In this document: positions 18,475-27,716 of the stretch, one piece after another
Layout of the letters: each line of letters opens with the position of its first letter
Numbering within the stretch: position 1 is the first letter of the stretch
NCBI GenBank assembly: GCA_964475205.1
Contig: CAYYVQ010000003.1
Span: 13,915-77,914 of the forward strand
Source of the DNA: an uncultured Victivallales bacterium
Lineage (GTDB): Bacteria; Verrucomicrobiota; Kiritimatiellia; UBA8416; CAYSRM01
Direction: 5' to 3'
Length of the DNA stretch: 64,000 bases
The notes under the pieces: model-generated
Told to the model about the DNA's origin: nothing
Databases searched by the model: none
What the model saw: the letters and a program-made list of their open reading frames with translations, nothing else
Program-made: the position numbers and the translations under genes

Positions 18475-19746
18475 ATGATAAAAACTACATTCCTTTTTTT
18501 GATATTGAGCTGCAGCGCTCTGCTTGCGGGCTCTCCGGGCCGGTATAATTCTGCCCGAAATACTGATCTTGCCACGGCCGATGAAATAGCGGCTGGTGCG
18601 TCAGCAGCCGGCGCAAAAGATCTGGAAAAGCTTGCGGCTTTTTTTCGAGCCAATCATGGCGGAAGCGAGCTGATTGCGGCCAGGCTGATTTGCCGGTGGA
18701 TTGCTGAAAATGTGAGTTACGATATTGAGCAGCTTAAAGCCGGTAATTTGAATCGAAACAAGACAGCCCGGGAGGCCTTTGAAACCAGGAAATGTGTATG
18801 CGGGGGATACGCGAACCTTTTTCTCAAGCTGGCTGAACTGGTGGGTCTAAAAGCTGTAAAAATAACCGGATACAGCAAGGTTTACGGTTATTCGCAGGGT
18901 GAAGATGTGCGAGATAACAGCCATGCGTGGAATGCGGTTCAAATCAAGGGCCGCTGGCGCCTGGTTGATCCGACCTGGGCATCAGGATATGTTAACGACG
19001 AGGATAGATTTGTCAGGCAGTTTAATGAATTTTATTTTATGGCGCCCCCGGAGACCCTGATTCTTACACATTTTCCGGAAGACCCCGCGCACCAGTTGCT
19101 GCGTCAGCCGGTTTCGATGCAACAGTTTGAAAACTTTGTTTATCTTCGCCCCCGTTTTTTTCGTTACGGGATTGTTTTAAAAAGCCACAGGAACGGGCTG
19201 ATCGAAGCAGGTTCGGACCTCGAAGTCAGCCTTGAAGCAGACAATCGGACTTCTTTTGCTGCTTCGTTGAGTCGAAACGGAAAGAAACTGCCCGACACTG
19301 CAGTTTTTATTCAGAACCCTGGCGGGCATGTTCAGGTCAATGCTGTTTTTCCTGAGAAGGGAGCATATAACCTTGATATCTATGCGAAGAAGGAGAATGA
19401 GGAAGGGGCCTATGGCCATGTGGCGATGTACAAAGTTGCTGCGTCTGAAGGCAAAGGAGATCGTATTGGGTTCCCGCGCATATACCAGGCATTTGCAGAA
19501 AAGAAATGCAGGCTTATTGCTCCCATGACCCGGCAGCTCAAGGCGGGCCGAAGGCATAATTTTAAAATACGTATTCCTGAGGCAACACGTGTTGCTGTTG
19601 TCGTTGGAGAAAACGACTGGAAAAGCCTGACCCGCGGGATGTACTTTCACGGGACCGTAGTGGCGCCGCGGGGAAAAATCATGGTAATAGCAAAGTTTCC
19701 CGGATCTCAGACATACAGGACAGTTGTTGAGTACGAGGGATACTGA
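18475..19746 (+). CDS. Secreted transglutaminase-like protein (kyphoscoliosis peptidase/hillarin-like) with C-terminal beta domains
   Basis: Signal peptide; VCGGYA (Cys), HAWNAV (His), VDPTW (Asp), THFP. Confidence 0.85.
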   Translation: MIKTTFLFLILSCSALLAGSPGRYNSARNTDLATADEIAAGASAAGAKDLEKLAAFFRANHGGSELIAARLICRWIAENVSYDIEQLKAGNLNRNKTAREAFETRKCVCGGYANLFLKLAELVGLKAVKITGYSKVYGYSQGEDVRDNSHAWNAVQIKGRWRLVDPTWASGYVNDEDRFVRQFNEFYFMAPPETLILTHFPEDPAHQLLRQPVSMQQFENFVYLRPRFFRYGIVLKSHRNGLIEAGSDLEVSLEADNRTSFAASLSRNGKKLPDTAVFIQNPGGHVQVNAVFPEKGAYNLDIYAKKENEEGAYGHVAMYKVAASEGKGDRIGFPRIYQAFAEKKCRLIAPMTRQLKAGRRHNFKIRIPEATRVAVVVGENDWKSLTRGMYFHGTVVAPRGKIMVIAKFPGSQTYRTVVEYEGY

Positions 19747-19752
19747 CCTGGT

Positions 19753-22188
19753 TTAATGGCGCGTAATCGTGACCTCTTTTTCTTCCGGCAGTGAATCGAT
19801 AATCAGGAAACCGTCTTTATCGGAAGTCAGTGTATGACCGGGCAGTTGGTATGCTGTATTCGGAGTGGCGCAGGTAATAAGACAACGCATTCCTTCTGAA
19901 TGGTTGATCTTAACGGTGTGGAGCGTCTCGTTATTTCGCGCAAAAACAACAATTGTTCTGCCTATTGCCGCGGCGTGCGTATTTTTACCGCTTTTAACCA
20001 GCCTGACTTCGGGCAGCGGTTTTTTATCTTCTATATGGCGCGGCAGCAGAATGTTGAGAAACCGTGTATGCCTGCTTGTACTTGCAGGTTCGGTCTCCGT
20101 GCGCCAGAAACCTATGTGAGTGGTTTTTCGCTGTTTAAGAGCTTTTTCTTTCGGGGTAACAGTTAGATTGTCGCCGTCAAATCCATTGCGCTGGTTGCCG
20201 TCTGTTTCGACGTAACACTGGTAATCAGGTCCGCCAATCTTAAGTATTCTCATATTCTCTGGAAGGAGGGCATGGTGGATGAGTTGTCCATCTTTATGCT
20301 TCGAGAGCAGCATGCGTCCTTGCGACTTGATAATCCCGTTATTCAGGCCTTTTCCTGCAAGAAGCGTTTCTCCGGAGCTTATCGGCTTTGAGAGGTGATG
20401 AAGCAGAAACTTGGGAAGGTAGGAGGCGTCGGTGGTGTTAACCCGGTCATAAACTACAAAAGCCTTTTCGGGTCTCAAGTAGACAAACTGGCGCGTTACC
20501 AGTGAAACTTTTTCAGGAGCTCCGGGTTCAGCCCATACCGTTGAATTGTAGGCTGCAGTGATATCAGCAGCCACATAGTCAAACTCATCGGGGACGCTTT
20601 TCCATGCAGTGATTGTTGCCCGCTCCAGGTGCGGTCCACTATCTTTTATCTCGCGGTAGTGCTTCATGCTTGCGCACCAGAAGCTGGTTGGTCTTATCAC
20701 GCGCTGGCCGCCCGCAAGTTTGTCTCTAATATTGCGTCCGGATAGTTTCTTGTGGTTAAGGTAACTGCTTGTTTCTCCCGGAGCCAGGACCAGCAGGCTA
20801 TTGGCCGAGACAGTCTGCACCGCGTAGCCAAGCCGATGATCGCTCCAGTAACCGACACTGTAGATTCCAGTCTGAGGAGCCAGCATCCCCCCGCATTGAA
20901 TGCTGAAGTGACCGGCATCATAATGGTCGTGGTGCGCCATAAAATCCCCTGCCTTGAAGGACGCGTAAGTCTCGTGAGGGTTCCCCCATTTTCCCCGGAA
21001 ATAAGCAACCCCCATTGATTCCCGTCCGAAGAGCTTTGCCTGGGGCAGTTGGTTACGCATCCATAGTTCCGGTTGTTCAGGGTTGTAGTCTCCGGTCAAA
21101 GGCCTGGTGGACGGGTCATAGGTCAAGGCAATGTACCAGTAGTAGGGACGCTTGCCATAGGGACGCAAAGAGCGATTGCGCAGGTAGTCTGCTCCAGCCA
21201 TAAGTCCGGGATCGCGTGAGAGCCTGGCAAAATAATCAACAGTAACCGTCCACCATCCTGTCTGGCCAAGGCGCAATGAACCAGACGAATCGCCGTAAGG
21301 TTCAAATACGCCGTTCGGGCCGTACTGGTAAAGCGACCAGTAACCGATTTTCTTCATTATTTCGCGGATTGAGACCCCGTCTATTGTTTCTTTTCCGAGG
21401 GCGCTAAGCACACAGTCAGCAGCCATGGCGTAAGGCCCCGCTCTGTTATATATCCAGTAGCTGGCGCCTTCGGGCCAGCCCTCGGAATATTGCAGCGCCC
21501 TGATGGTGTCGATGTAGTGCGCTAATGCCCGCTGCAGTGTCTTCTGATCAAGATGTTCGGCTATTCCTAGAGCGGCGATCATTACTCCGTTTGCAGCCTG
21601 GTTTCGCCCATGCCATAAAGCCATTCCGGTGTTGTCAAGGCGATCAAGTTCTGTTGCAAGTCTTGCTTTGATAGTATCTACGACCTTTTGCTTTTCATCT
21701 TCCCGGAAGCCGGGATAATTGTACAGCCAGTCGTATGCCAGGGAATGTGACCAGAGTTTTGAGGGATGGGGACCGCCTTGTGCCTGCAGGGGTTCTTTCA
21801 GCATTTTTCTGATTGCTGCTTTGCCGTAGCTTTCTTTTCCGGTTACAATCCATCTTGTTGCCAGTGCAGCGGGATGTTGCCAGCCGTTGTCAATTTTCAC
21901 TTTAAGCGCATCGTCAAAAACAGCCTTGAATACCGGATCAGTACGATAAAGGTTGCGTACCTCTGCTTTGGTGCGGCCCCAGTTCTTTCTGTCGTCCGGA
22001 CGGAATATGCATCGTGGATGAGATCTGAAATATTCTACCTCAATCGCGGTTCTCGGGGGGTGCTCTGAAGGCGGAGCTTCCCAGAATAGCTGGCGCTGAT
22101 TCGGTTCGCCCGGGGCTGAGGATATTGTGATGGCAAGTGTCAATTTAACTAAAATTAAGCGAAGCGCAAAACGTGCCTGGTTAATCAT
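19753..22188 (-). CDS. Heparinase II/III-like polysaccharide lyase
   Basis: LAYDWLY, GWPEGASY, HHDHYDAGHF, RQFVYL, VVYDRV; signal peptide; start 22188 follows AAGGAG. Confidence 0.8.
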   Translation of the reverse strand: MINQARFALRLILVKLTLAITISSAPGEPNQRQLFWEAPPSEHPPRTAIEVEYFRSHPRCIFRPDDRKNWGRTKAEVRNLYRTDPVFKAVFDDALKVKIDNGWQHPAALATRWIVTGKESYGKAAIRKMLKEPLQAQGGPHPSKLWSHSLAYDWLYNYPGFREDEKQKVVDTIKARLATELDRLDNTGMALWHGRNQAANGVMIAALGIAEHLDQKTLQRALAHYIDTIRALQYSEGWPEGASYWIYNRAGPYAMAADCVLSALGKETIDGVSIREIMKKIGYWSLYQYGPNGVFEPYGDSSGSLRLGQTGWWTVTVDYFARLSRDPGLMAGADYLRNRSLRPYGKRPYYWYIALTYDPSTRPLTGDYNPEQPELWMRNQLPQAKLFGRESMGVAYFRGKWGNPHETYASFKAGDFMAHHDHYDAGHFSIQCGGMLAPQTGIYSVGYWSDHRLGYAVQTVSANSLLVLAPGETSSYLNHKKLSGRNIRDKLAGGQRVIRPTSFWCASMKHYREIKDSGPHLERATITAWKSVPDEFDYVAADITAAYNSTVWAEPGAPEKVSLVTRQFVYLRPEKAFVVYDRVNTTDASYLPKFLLHHLSKPISSGETLLAGKGLNNGIIKSQGRMLLSKHKDGQLIHHALLPENMRILKIGGPDYQCYVETDGNQRNGFDGDNLTVTPKEKALKQRKTTHIGFWRTETEPASTSRHTRFLNILLPRHIEDKKPLPEVRLVKSGKNTHAAAIGRTIVVFARNNETLHTVKINHSEGMRCLITCATPNTAYQLPGHTLTSDKDGFLIIDSLPEEKEVTITRH

Positions 22189-22233
22189 GAGATCTCCTTT
22201 GGCTTTGCAGGGAAGCAACAAGGTGAATGGATC

Positions 22234-22794
22234 CTATTTTGTCTTATCCGGCTCTATCATTACAACGCCGTTCTGGATGTCCCATCGCAGGTTGCAGACC
22301 TTGCAGACGATATTCATAACATCGAACAGAGAGGTTTTACGGGCAGAGAAAGTGATGAGTTGGTCTTCGGGCGGCTGATACAGTTCGAGTGGTGGTTTGC
22401 CGAAGGGATCAACATCAGATGGACCTGAATTTGTCTCCGGACTGTCGGATGAGCGGTCAAGATTAAGAACCATATTCACGCCTTGACGACCATTCTCTGG
22501 TCTGGAATCGAACTCGACGCTTGCCTGCTGTAGGAACTCAATCACGCAATGAATGTTTGCCTGACGGAAATTGATCGCGGGGATGATGATGTTTTTCATC
22601 TTCTCCTGTATCTTCCCTTTCTTATCAAGTATCTTTGAGATCGTGTAGCTCTGTCCCGAGATGTATACCGTTTCGCCCTCCTTGAACGCAATCGGACCGT
22701 GGTTCCTGCCTTTAGCGTCAGTCATATAAAATTCTTCAGCATTTGCTGAAGTCAGCAAACTGGCGACTATGATTGCAGTGATTGTATGTCTCAT
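22234..22794 (-). CDS. Exported hypothetical protein with secretin-N/STN-like domain
   Basis: Signal peptide; IIIPAINFRQA...GVNMVL...ITFSAR..SLFDVMNIVC...W.I....V.I. Confidence 0.6.
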   Translation of the reverse strand: MRHTITAIIVASLLTSANAEEFYMTDAKGRNHGPIAFKEGETVYISGQSYTISKILDKKGKIQEKMKNIIIPAINFRQANIHCVIEFLQQASVEFDSRPENGRQGVNMVLNLDRSSDSPETNSGPSDVDPFGKPPLELYQPPEDQLITFSARKTSLFDVMNIVCKVCNLRWDIQNGVVMIEPDKTK

Positions 22795-23107
22795 TGCTAA
22801 TCTCCTTCGGTCCAACGAAAAAATGATCCACGTTGTTTCCTGTAGCCAATGTTAGCCTTAATGTCTGTATTTCTGCCAGAACTTTTCCGTATTTTTCTGC
22901 TGCAGAAGAAAACTCGCCACAGGAAGAGCTCCGCACGAATTCACGCGACCTCTTCTCCGTGCCTCAGTGTCTCTGTGGTATGTCCCCCTTTCCAGTATGG
23001 GACGCTGGTGAAACCTGGTTATGATTTGCTTGTTGAACGGAATCAGACATAATAAAGTGTCAATAATAAGAAGGATTAACAGAGCTGGTTTACATAAGGA
23101 GTGAGCA

Positions 23108-24499
23108 GTGAGCAGAAAATTTAACCTGGTGTTTGTTTTTGCTGATCAGTGGCGCTATCAGGCCACCGGCTATGCCGGAGACGCAAATGTGGCAACTCCC
23201 AACATCGACAGCTTTGCGGCCCGGAGTTTCAATTTTGCAAACGCCGTTTCGTGCTGTCCTGTGTGCAGCCCGTACCGTGCATCACTGATGACGGGCGTGT
23301 ATCCTAATCGTCACCGGATGATGGTTAACGACCAATGTCTGTATCGGCTTTATGACGGCCCCTTTCTGGCAGAATGCCTGCGCGATGCTGGTTACCAGAC
23401 TGCCTACATCGGTAAGTGGCACATAGACGGAAACGGCAGGAACGCTTTTGTTCCTCCCGAGCGGCGTCTCGGATTTGACTGGTGGAAAGGTTTTGAGTGT
23501 ACGCACGACTATCAGTCATCATATTACTATTCCGGCGATGATCCCATTCCGCATAAATGGCAAGGGTATGATGCTGCAGCACAGACTGATGAAGCATGCC
23601 GGTACATCAATGAAGAAGCGGGCAATGATCCTTTTGCGCTTTTTCTTTCGTGGGGTCCGCCGCACAATCCGTTTGGGAGCGCCCCTGCTGAATTCGAGGC
23701 GATGTATGATCCCGCGAAAATACAGCTTCCCGCAAATGTGTCGGAAGAGATCGCAAATGAGGCGCGCAGGCAACTGGCGGGATATTATGCACACTGCTCG
23801 GCGCTTGATGCCGCATTTGGGCGTCTGCTTGACACGCTTTCCTCAACCGGCAGAGATCAGGATACCATTGTGATATTCACCTCTGACCATGGTGATATGC
23901 TTGGGAGCCAGGGGCAGTTTCGAAAACAGAGGCCATGGGCCGAGTCAATACGTGTTCCTCTGCTTGTGAGGTATCCGGGCGGGGCAGGGGGAGGAACAGA
24001 CAATACTCCGGTAAATGCGCCTGACCTGATGCCGACTATTCTATCGCTTTGCGATGCGCCGGTTCCTGAAGAGGTCCAGGGGCATGATTTCAGCCGAACA
24101 ATCAAAGACGGAACTCCATCACAAATCAAGGACGCGCTATTGGCTCTTTATCTGCCCTTTCATGAGTGGCGATACGATAACGGGGGCCGGGAATACCGAG
24201 GGCTGCATACGACCCGCCACACATACGTTCGCAGCCTTCAGGGTCCCTGGATGCTTTACGACAACGTGAATGATCCATTGCAGCTACAGAATCTTGTTGA
24301 CGATTCCAACCATGCGGCGCTTGTTGCTGAACTTGACGCAAGATTAACCATTCGGCTTAGTGAGGTTGGAGATGATTTTGCTTCCGGCGCTGAGATCATA
24401 GAGCGCGAAAAGTTTTCGCTCAATGATGCAGGCGATATTGCCATAATGCCTTCAGATCTGCCTGTCTGCGCCTCTCATGGATCCCCCGAAAAAGGCTAA
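23108..24499 (+). CDS. Sulfatase (S1 family, Cys-type)
   Basis: FADQWR, CSPYRASLMTG, GKWH, PPHNP, TSDHG. Confidence 0.95.
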   Translation: MSRKFNLVFVFADQWRYQATGYAGDANVATPNIDSFAARSFNFANAVSCCPVCSPYRASLMTGVYPNRHRMMVNDQCLYRLYDGPFLAECLRDAGYQTAYIGKWHIDGNGRNAFVPPERRLGFDWWKGFECTHDYQSSYYYSGDDPIPHKWQGYDAAAQTDEACRYINEEAGNDPFALFLSWGPPHNPFGSAPAEFEAMYDPAKIQLPANVSEEIANEARRQLAGYYAHCSALDAAFGRLLDTLSSTGRDQDTIVIFTSDHGDMLGSQGQFRKQRPWAESIRVPLLVRYPGGAGGGTDNTPVNAPDLMPTILSLCDAPVPEEVQGHDFSRTIKDGTPSQIKDALLALYLPFHEWRYDNGGREYRGLHTTRHTYVRSLQGPWMLYDNVNDPLQLQNLVDDSNHAALVAELDARLTIRLSEVGDDFASGAEIIEREKFSLNDAGDIAIMPSDLPVCASHGSPEKG

Positions 24500-24678
24500 C
24501 CCGCATATCTCACAAAATTCCTGCTGCGAGCGCGGATAGCAATACTGCGAGGGCACGAATTGGAAAACGCCAGATTGCAGTATGTCTATACGGCTGTTCC
24601 GGCGTTTTACGAATTTGCACCCCCGCAGGAGCACTCTCCACGCTCTCGCTACGGAATTCCGTGAGATATGCGGGTTAG
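24496..24678. mobile_element. MITE family B, full copy (183 bp)
   Basis: Perfect 18-bp TIR ctaacccgcatatctcac / gtgagatatgcgggttag; its left end overlaps the sulfatase TAA. Confidence 0.85.
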
Positions 24679-24733
24679 TAGTGAATGGCGCTTAGATAAT
24701 GCTGTTTGGGATTGAATTTGACGATGGGCATTG

Positions 24734-24900
24734 AACCTGGATTCGGCAGTTGAGCGCGGCGCTGAAGCACAATCTTCATGCCCACAGGGCGTTCCGAACG
24801 GCGCTCGAAGCACCCTCCAGGTGCGCCTTCGGCCCTTTGGAACGCCCTGTGAACGCGAATCTTGCACTTCAGCATCCACGTCAACTGCCGAATCCAGGTT
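24734..24900. mobile_element. MITE family D (167 bp) nested in family C
   Basis: Perfect 20-bp TIR aacctggattcggcagttga / tcaactgccgaatccaggtt; largely palindromic interior; absent from the 55.1 kb copy. Confidence 0.88.
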
Positions 24901-24910
24901 GAAAATCCTT

Positions 24911-25017
24911 GTATGTGGGTATGTGAGTGTGTGGGTATGTGGGAAAAGCGAGAACGGGGCAGGCAGGGTTGATCTCTCTCATCCTGACAAACTCACATAC
25001 TCACACACTCACACACA
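24911..25017. repeat. Inverted pair of 8-nt arrays with short non-coding spacer
   Basis: tatgtggg-tatgtgag-tgtgtggg-tatgtggg ... ctcacata-ctcacaca-ctcacaca; same units as 10555-10727. Confidence 0.85.
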
Positions 25018-25106
25018 GGACGCGCGGTGAAACTATACGCTTTGAAAAGGGCTTAACTAAGCGCCATTCCAGGCTAATGTCCTGTGTAGCTGAGCATTAT
25101 TGTTGC

Positions 25107-26459
25107 TTACGTTGTGGCAGAGTCTGTGTCAGGCAGGTAGGCCCCATGCTTTATGAGTATTTTTCGGAGCCGATCTGTGTCTACTGCACGTATATCCGGC
25201 CTGGCGTCGGAGGCTGCCATTGCCGCCGCAAGTCCTGCTGCTTCTCCCATGCAGAGGCAGACCGGCATAACTCTTGTGCTTCCCTGCACTTCCCGATCAG
25301 TAGAGATGCTTCGTCCGGCGACTAGCACGTTGTCGAGTCCGCGCGGGGTCAGGCACCGGTAGGGAATGCCGTGTGACTCCCCTTTTTTCAGACGTATAGC
25401 CTTTGAGGCTCCTTCCTTGATTGACCCAACTTCATTCTTCTTATGATGCACATCAATATAATAGGAATTGCGGCAGATCTCGTCGGGGAACGATCTAAGA
25501 CTGCTGAAGTCATCAATGGTGAGGCGATAATCCCCAATGATGCGTCGTGTTTCTCGAATGCCCAGCAGCGAACCGGTCTGTGTCAGGTGCGCATTGGCAA
25601 AAGCCTCGGGAAAGAATTCGGCGCATGCGTCGCGGAAGGCTTTTGCAATCTTCCTGCCCTGTATCAGCCCCTTGCTTACTGAAAGCGGGTCGGTATTGTC
25701 CACCGACCAGATGTGGCCTGCGTTGAATCCGATTGCTCCGGGTCCAACGATGTTGTTGCAGGCGTGCCGATCCGGGATTTCCGGATATTTGCCGGATTCG
25801 ACAATGTCATCTATGGCGCTGCCGTTGGGGCTGTACTTGATCCCCCCGCAATACTGATAGGCATACATGTCGACATTGGTAAGCGTAAAGCAATGTGTGG
25901 CCGGCTGGAGGTCACCGGTCTCGTCCCCTTTTTCAACTTCAGCTCCGGCCCATGCTGCAAGGTCTGCGTCGCCGGTAGCGTCCACGTAAAGTTTCGCCTT
26001 GTATGCAGTAAGTCCGGACTTGTTTGATACCACGATGGCATCGACATTGTTGGATCCGTCTTTTTCGACTGCCGCCAGAAGTGAATTGAACAGCACTGTT
26101 ACGCCATGACCGGTTACAAGTTCGTCGTAGATACTCTTGAGAAGTTCAGGGTCGATAGGTGTCCAGTTGAAACGGTCTTCGGGCACATGGGGCATTCCGG
26201 CGATGCATTTTTTGAGGATGTTTTCCGCCATCCCGCCGTATATTATCCGTTCTTTGTCGGTGAAAGGGCACCAGGCGGGAACCAGCCCGGAAGTTCCCAT
26301 GCCACCGAGAGCGCCGGTTCCTTCGATCAGCAAGGTCTTTGCTCCTTCTCGCGCGGCTGCAGCCGCTGCTGTGCAGCCGGACGGGCCTCCGCCGGCAACG
26401 ATAACGTCCCATGAATCGTCAAGGGTAAGGGCGCGCTCTTTCAGTAAATATTCTGACAT
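25107..26459 (-). CDS. FAD-dependent oxidoreductase (FAD_oxidored, PF12831-like)
   Basis: GGGPSG, VDATGDADLA, GIRETRRI, IPYRCL, AGRSIS, RVMPVC; start 26459 follows AAGGAG. Confidence 0.9.
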   Translation of the reverse strand: MSEYLLKERALTLDDSWDVIVAGGGPSGCTAAAAAAREGAKTLLIEGTGALGGMGTSGLVPAWCPFTDKERIIYGGMAENILKKCIAGMPHVPEDRFNWTPIDPELLKSIYDELVTGHGVTVLFNSLLAAVEKDGSNNVDAIVVSNKSGLTAYKAKLYVDATGDADLAAWAGAEVEKGDETGDLQPATHCFTLTNVDMYAYQYCGGIKYSPNGSAIDDIVESGKYPEIPDRHACNNIVGPGAIGFNAGHIWSVDNTDPLSVSKGLIQGRKIAKAFRDACAEFFPEAFANAHLTQTGSLLGIRETRRIIGDYRLTIDDFSSLRSFPDEICRNSYYIDVHHKKNEVGSIKEGASKAIRLKKGESHGIPYRCLTPRGLDNVLVAGRSISTDREVQGSTRVMPVCLCMGEAAGLAAAMAASDARPDIRAVDTDRLRKILIKHGAYLPDTDSATT

Positions 26460-26534
26460 GTCTGTCTGCTCCTTTAATAGTGGTTTTTGTCCGCAGCCAA
26501 AACCATTGGTCATTTTTTTGCTTCGCGAAAGTCA

Positions 26535-26601
26535 TTAGCCTGATCTATATCCGAACAGCTTACAACTTGCTTGGCTTTTTTCATGAATAGATTCAGGTTA
26601 A
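26535..26601. mobile_element. Minimal family A element (both ends, about 67 bp)
   Basis: ttagcctgatctat ... atgaatagattcaggttaa. Confidence 0.6.
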
Positions 26602-26677
26602 TTATCAGGTAATATGTAATGCTATTAAACTATCGAACTTGATATCGTTGCGCAATCAGAATATGCCGTGCAGCCGG

Positions 26678-26728
26678 TTAACCCGCATTTCTCAAAGAAT
26701 TCCTGCTGTGAGCGTGGATAGCGCCACT
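26678..26728. repeat. Partial end of MITE family B
   Basis: ttaacccgcatttctcaaagaattcctgctgtgagcgtggatagc resembles 24496-24540. Confidence 0.75.
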
Positions 26729-27516
26729 TATATCATAAGGTCACAGATGTTGTCACTTTCCAAAAGCACGGTTCTTTCATCAAGTTGTTTGGCTTTGTGT
26801 GTAAGATAATCCTGGATGCCGACGCCTTCTTTGACGCGTATTTCCTGTGCGTAAGGCGGTTCGACAATGACTGGAGGGATGTTACAGATGTCATCTGCAG
26901 CCTTTCTGGCTGTCTCTCGTATGAGTTCCTGTGCAGCCTTCGGAGACAGATGCAATGCAAGTTCATGTCCCAGGCCTTGTTTGACGGTTGCAGCGTGGAT
27001 TTGAGGGACGAGCGCTCGAGCTTCGGCAACTGCCTTGTCGTCACCGGAAATAAAGACAGTCGGCACACCAAGTGTTCCAGCCATGATCGTTCTTGCGCCG
27101 AACTCTCCCACGAATTGGTCGTTGAGCTTGTAATATTCGATTCCCTTTGATGAGTATGTATGACAAAGGGGAGCGTTTTTTGTTCCTGCCATCGCGTGTT
27201 GACCGACAAAGAACACGCCGTTGAATGACGAGTCCAGATAATAAGGCGGTTTGATTGGCCCTCTAGTAATCAGTTTTGCCTTGGGATGGAAGGACATGAT
27301 ATCGATTCCGCCGCTGCCGTGTCCGTCCCATACAATAATTTCCGATTGTGGATTCGTGTCCAGTATCCCGTCAACTGCCGCATTGACTTCGCCGGTTAAC
27401 AACTGCATGGCTTGTTGTTTAAGTTTTTGATTTTTTGGCTCGCCGCTTCGGCGTGTCTGGGCGAAGGTTGAAACCATTGCCGGTCCTTCAAGGTCGGTCA
27501 TTATGTATATTTTCAT
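26728..27516 (-). CDS. dppA: M55 family D-aminopeptidase
   Basis: MKIYIMTDLEG, DGHG, GQHA, HTYS, GE, SGDD. Confidence 0.9.
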   Translation of the reverse strand: MKIYIMTDLEGPAMVSTFAQTRRSGEPKNQKLKQQAMQLLTGEVNAAVDGILDTNPQSEIIVWDGHGSGGIDIMSFHPKAKLITRGPIKPPYYLDSSFNGVFFVGQHAMAGTKNAPLCHTYSSKGIEYYKLNDQFVGEFGARTIMAGTLGVPTVFISGDDKAVAEARALVPQIHAATVKQGLGHELALHLSPKAAQELIRETARKAADDICNIPPVIVEPPYAQEIRVKEGVGIQDYLTHKAKQLDERTVLLESDNICDLMI

Positions 27517-27716
27517 TTTTCCGTTTCCGTATTCTGACGATCAAAGCAATAATTGCCGCAATGATGAAGACTGACAAAGAGCGTAACAACAATCGTGACG
27601 ACTATCAATCCGGATCGGCGTTGTTTTTTCGCATGTGAAGGATCGGGGCTTGTTTTATGCTGGAGTCCGAGCGTGATAGGTGGATAATGAGGAAAATGTA
27701 AAAGGAGGGTTTTCAA

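Larger units (their letters stand above)
24683..25069. mobile_element. MITE family C (IS4-like ends) carrying two internal inserts
   Basis: TIR gaatggcgcttag / ctaagcgccattc; nearly identical to 55095-55214 apart from 24734-24900 and 24911-25009. Confidence 0.88.

Noticed and set aside
24649-25030. ORFs 24649-24879, 24675-24884 and 24731-25030 as genes or transposases
   Set aside because: They lie within palindromic MITE DNA and have no RBS or recognisable motifs.
27513-27716. 67-aa ORF upstream of dppA
   Set aside because: It fills a divergent promoter region with no RBS or recognisable family.
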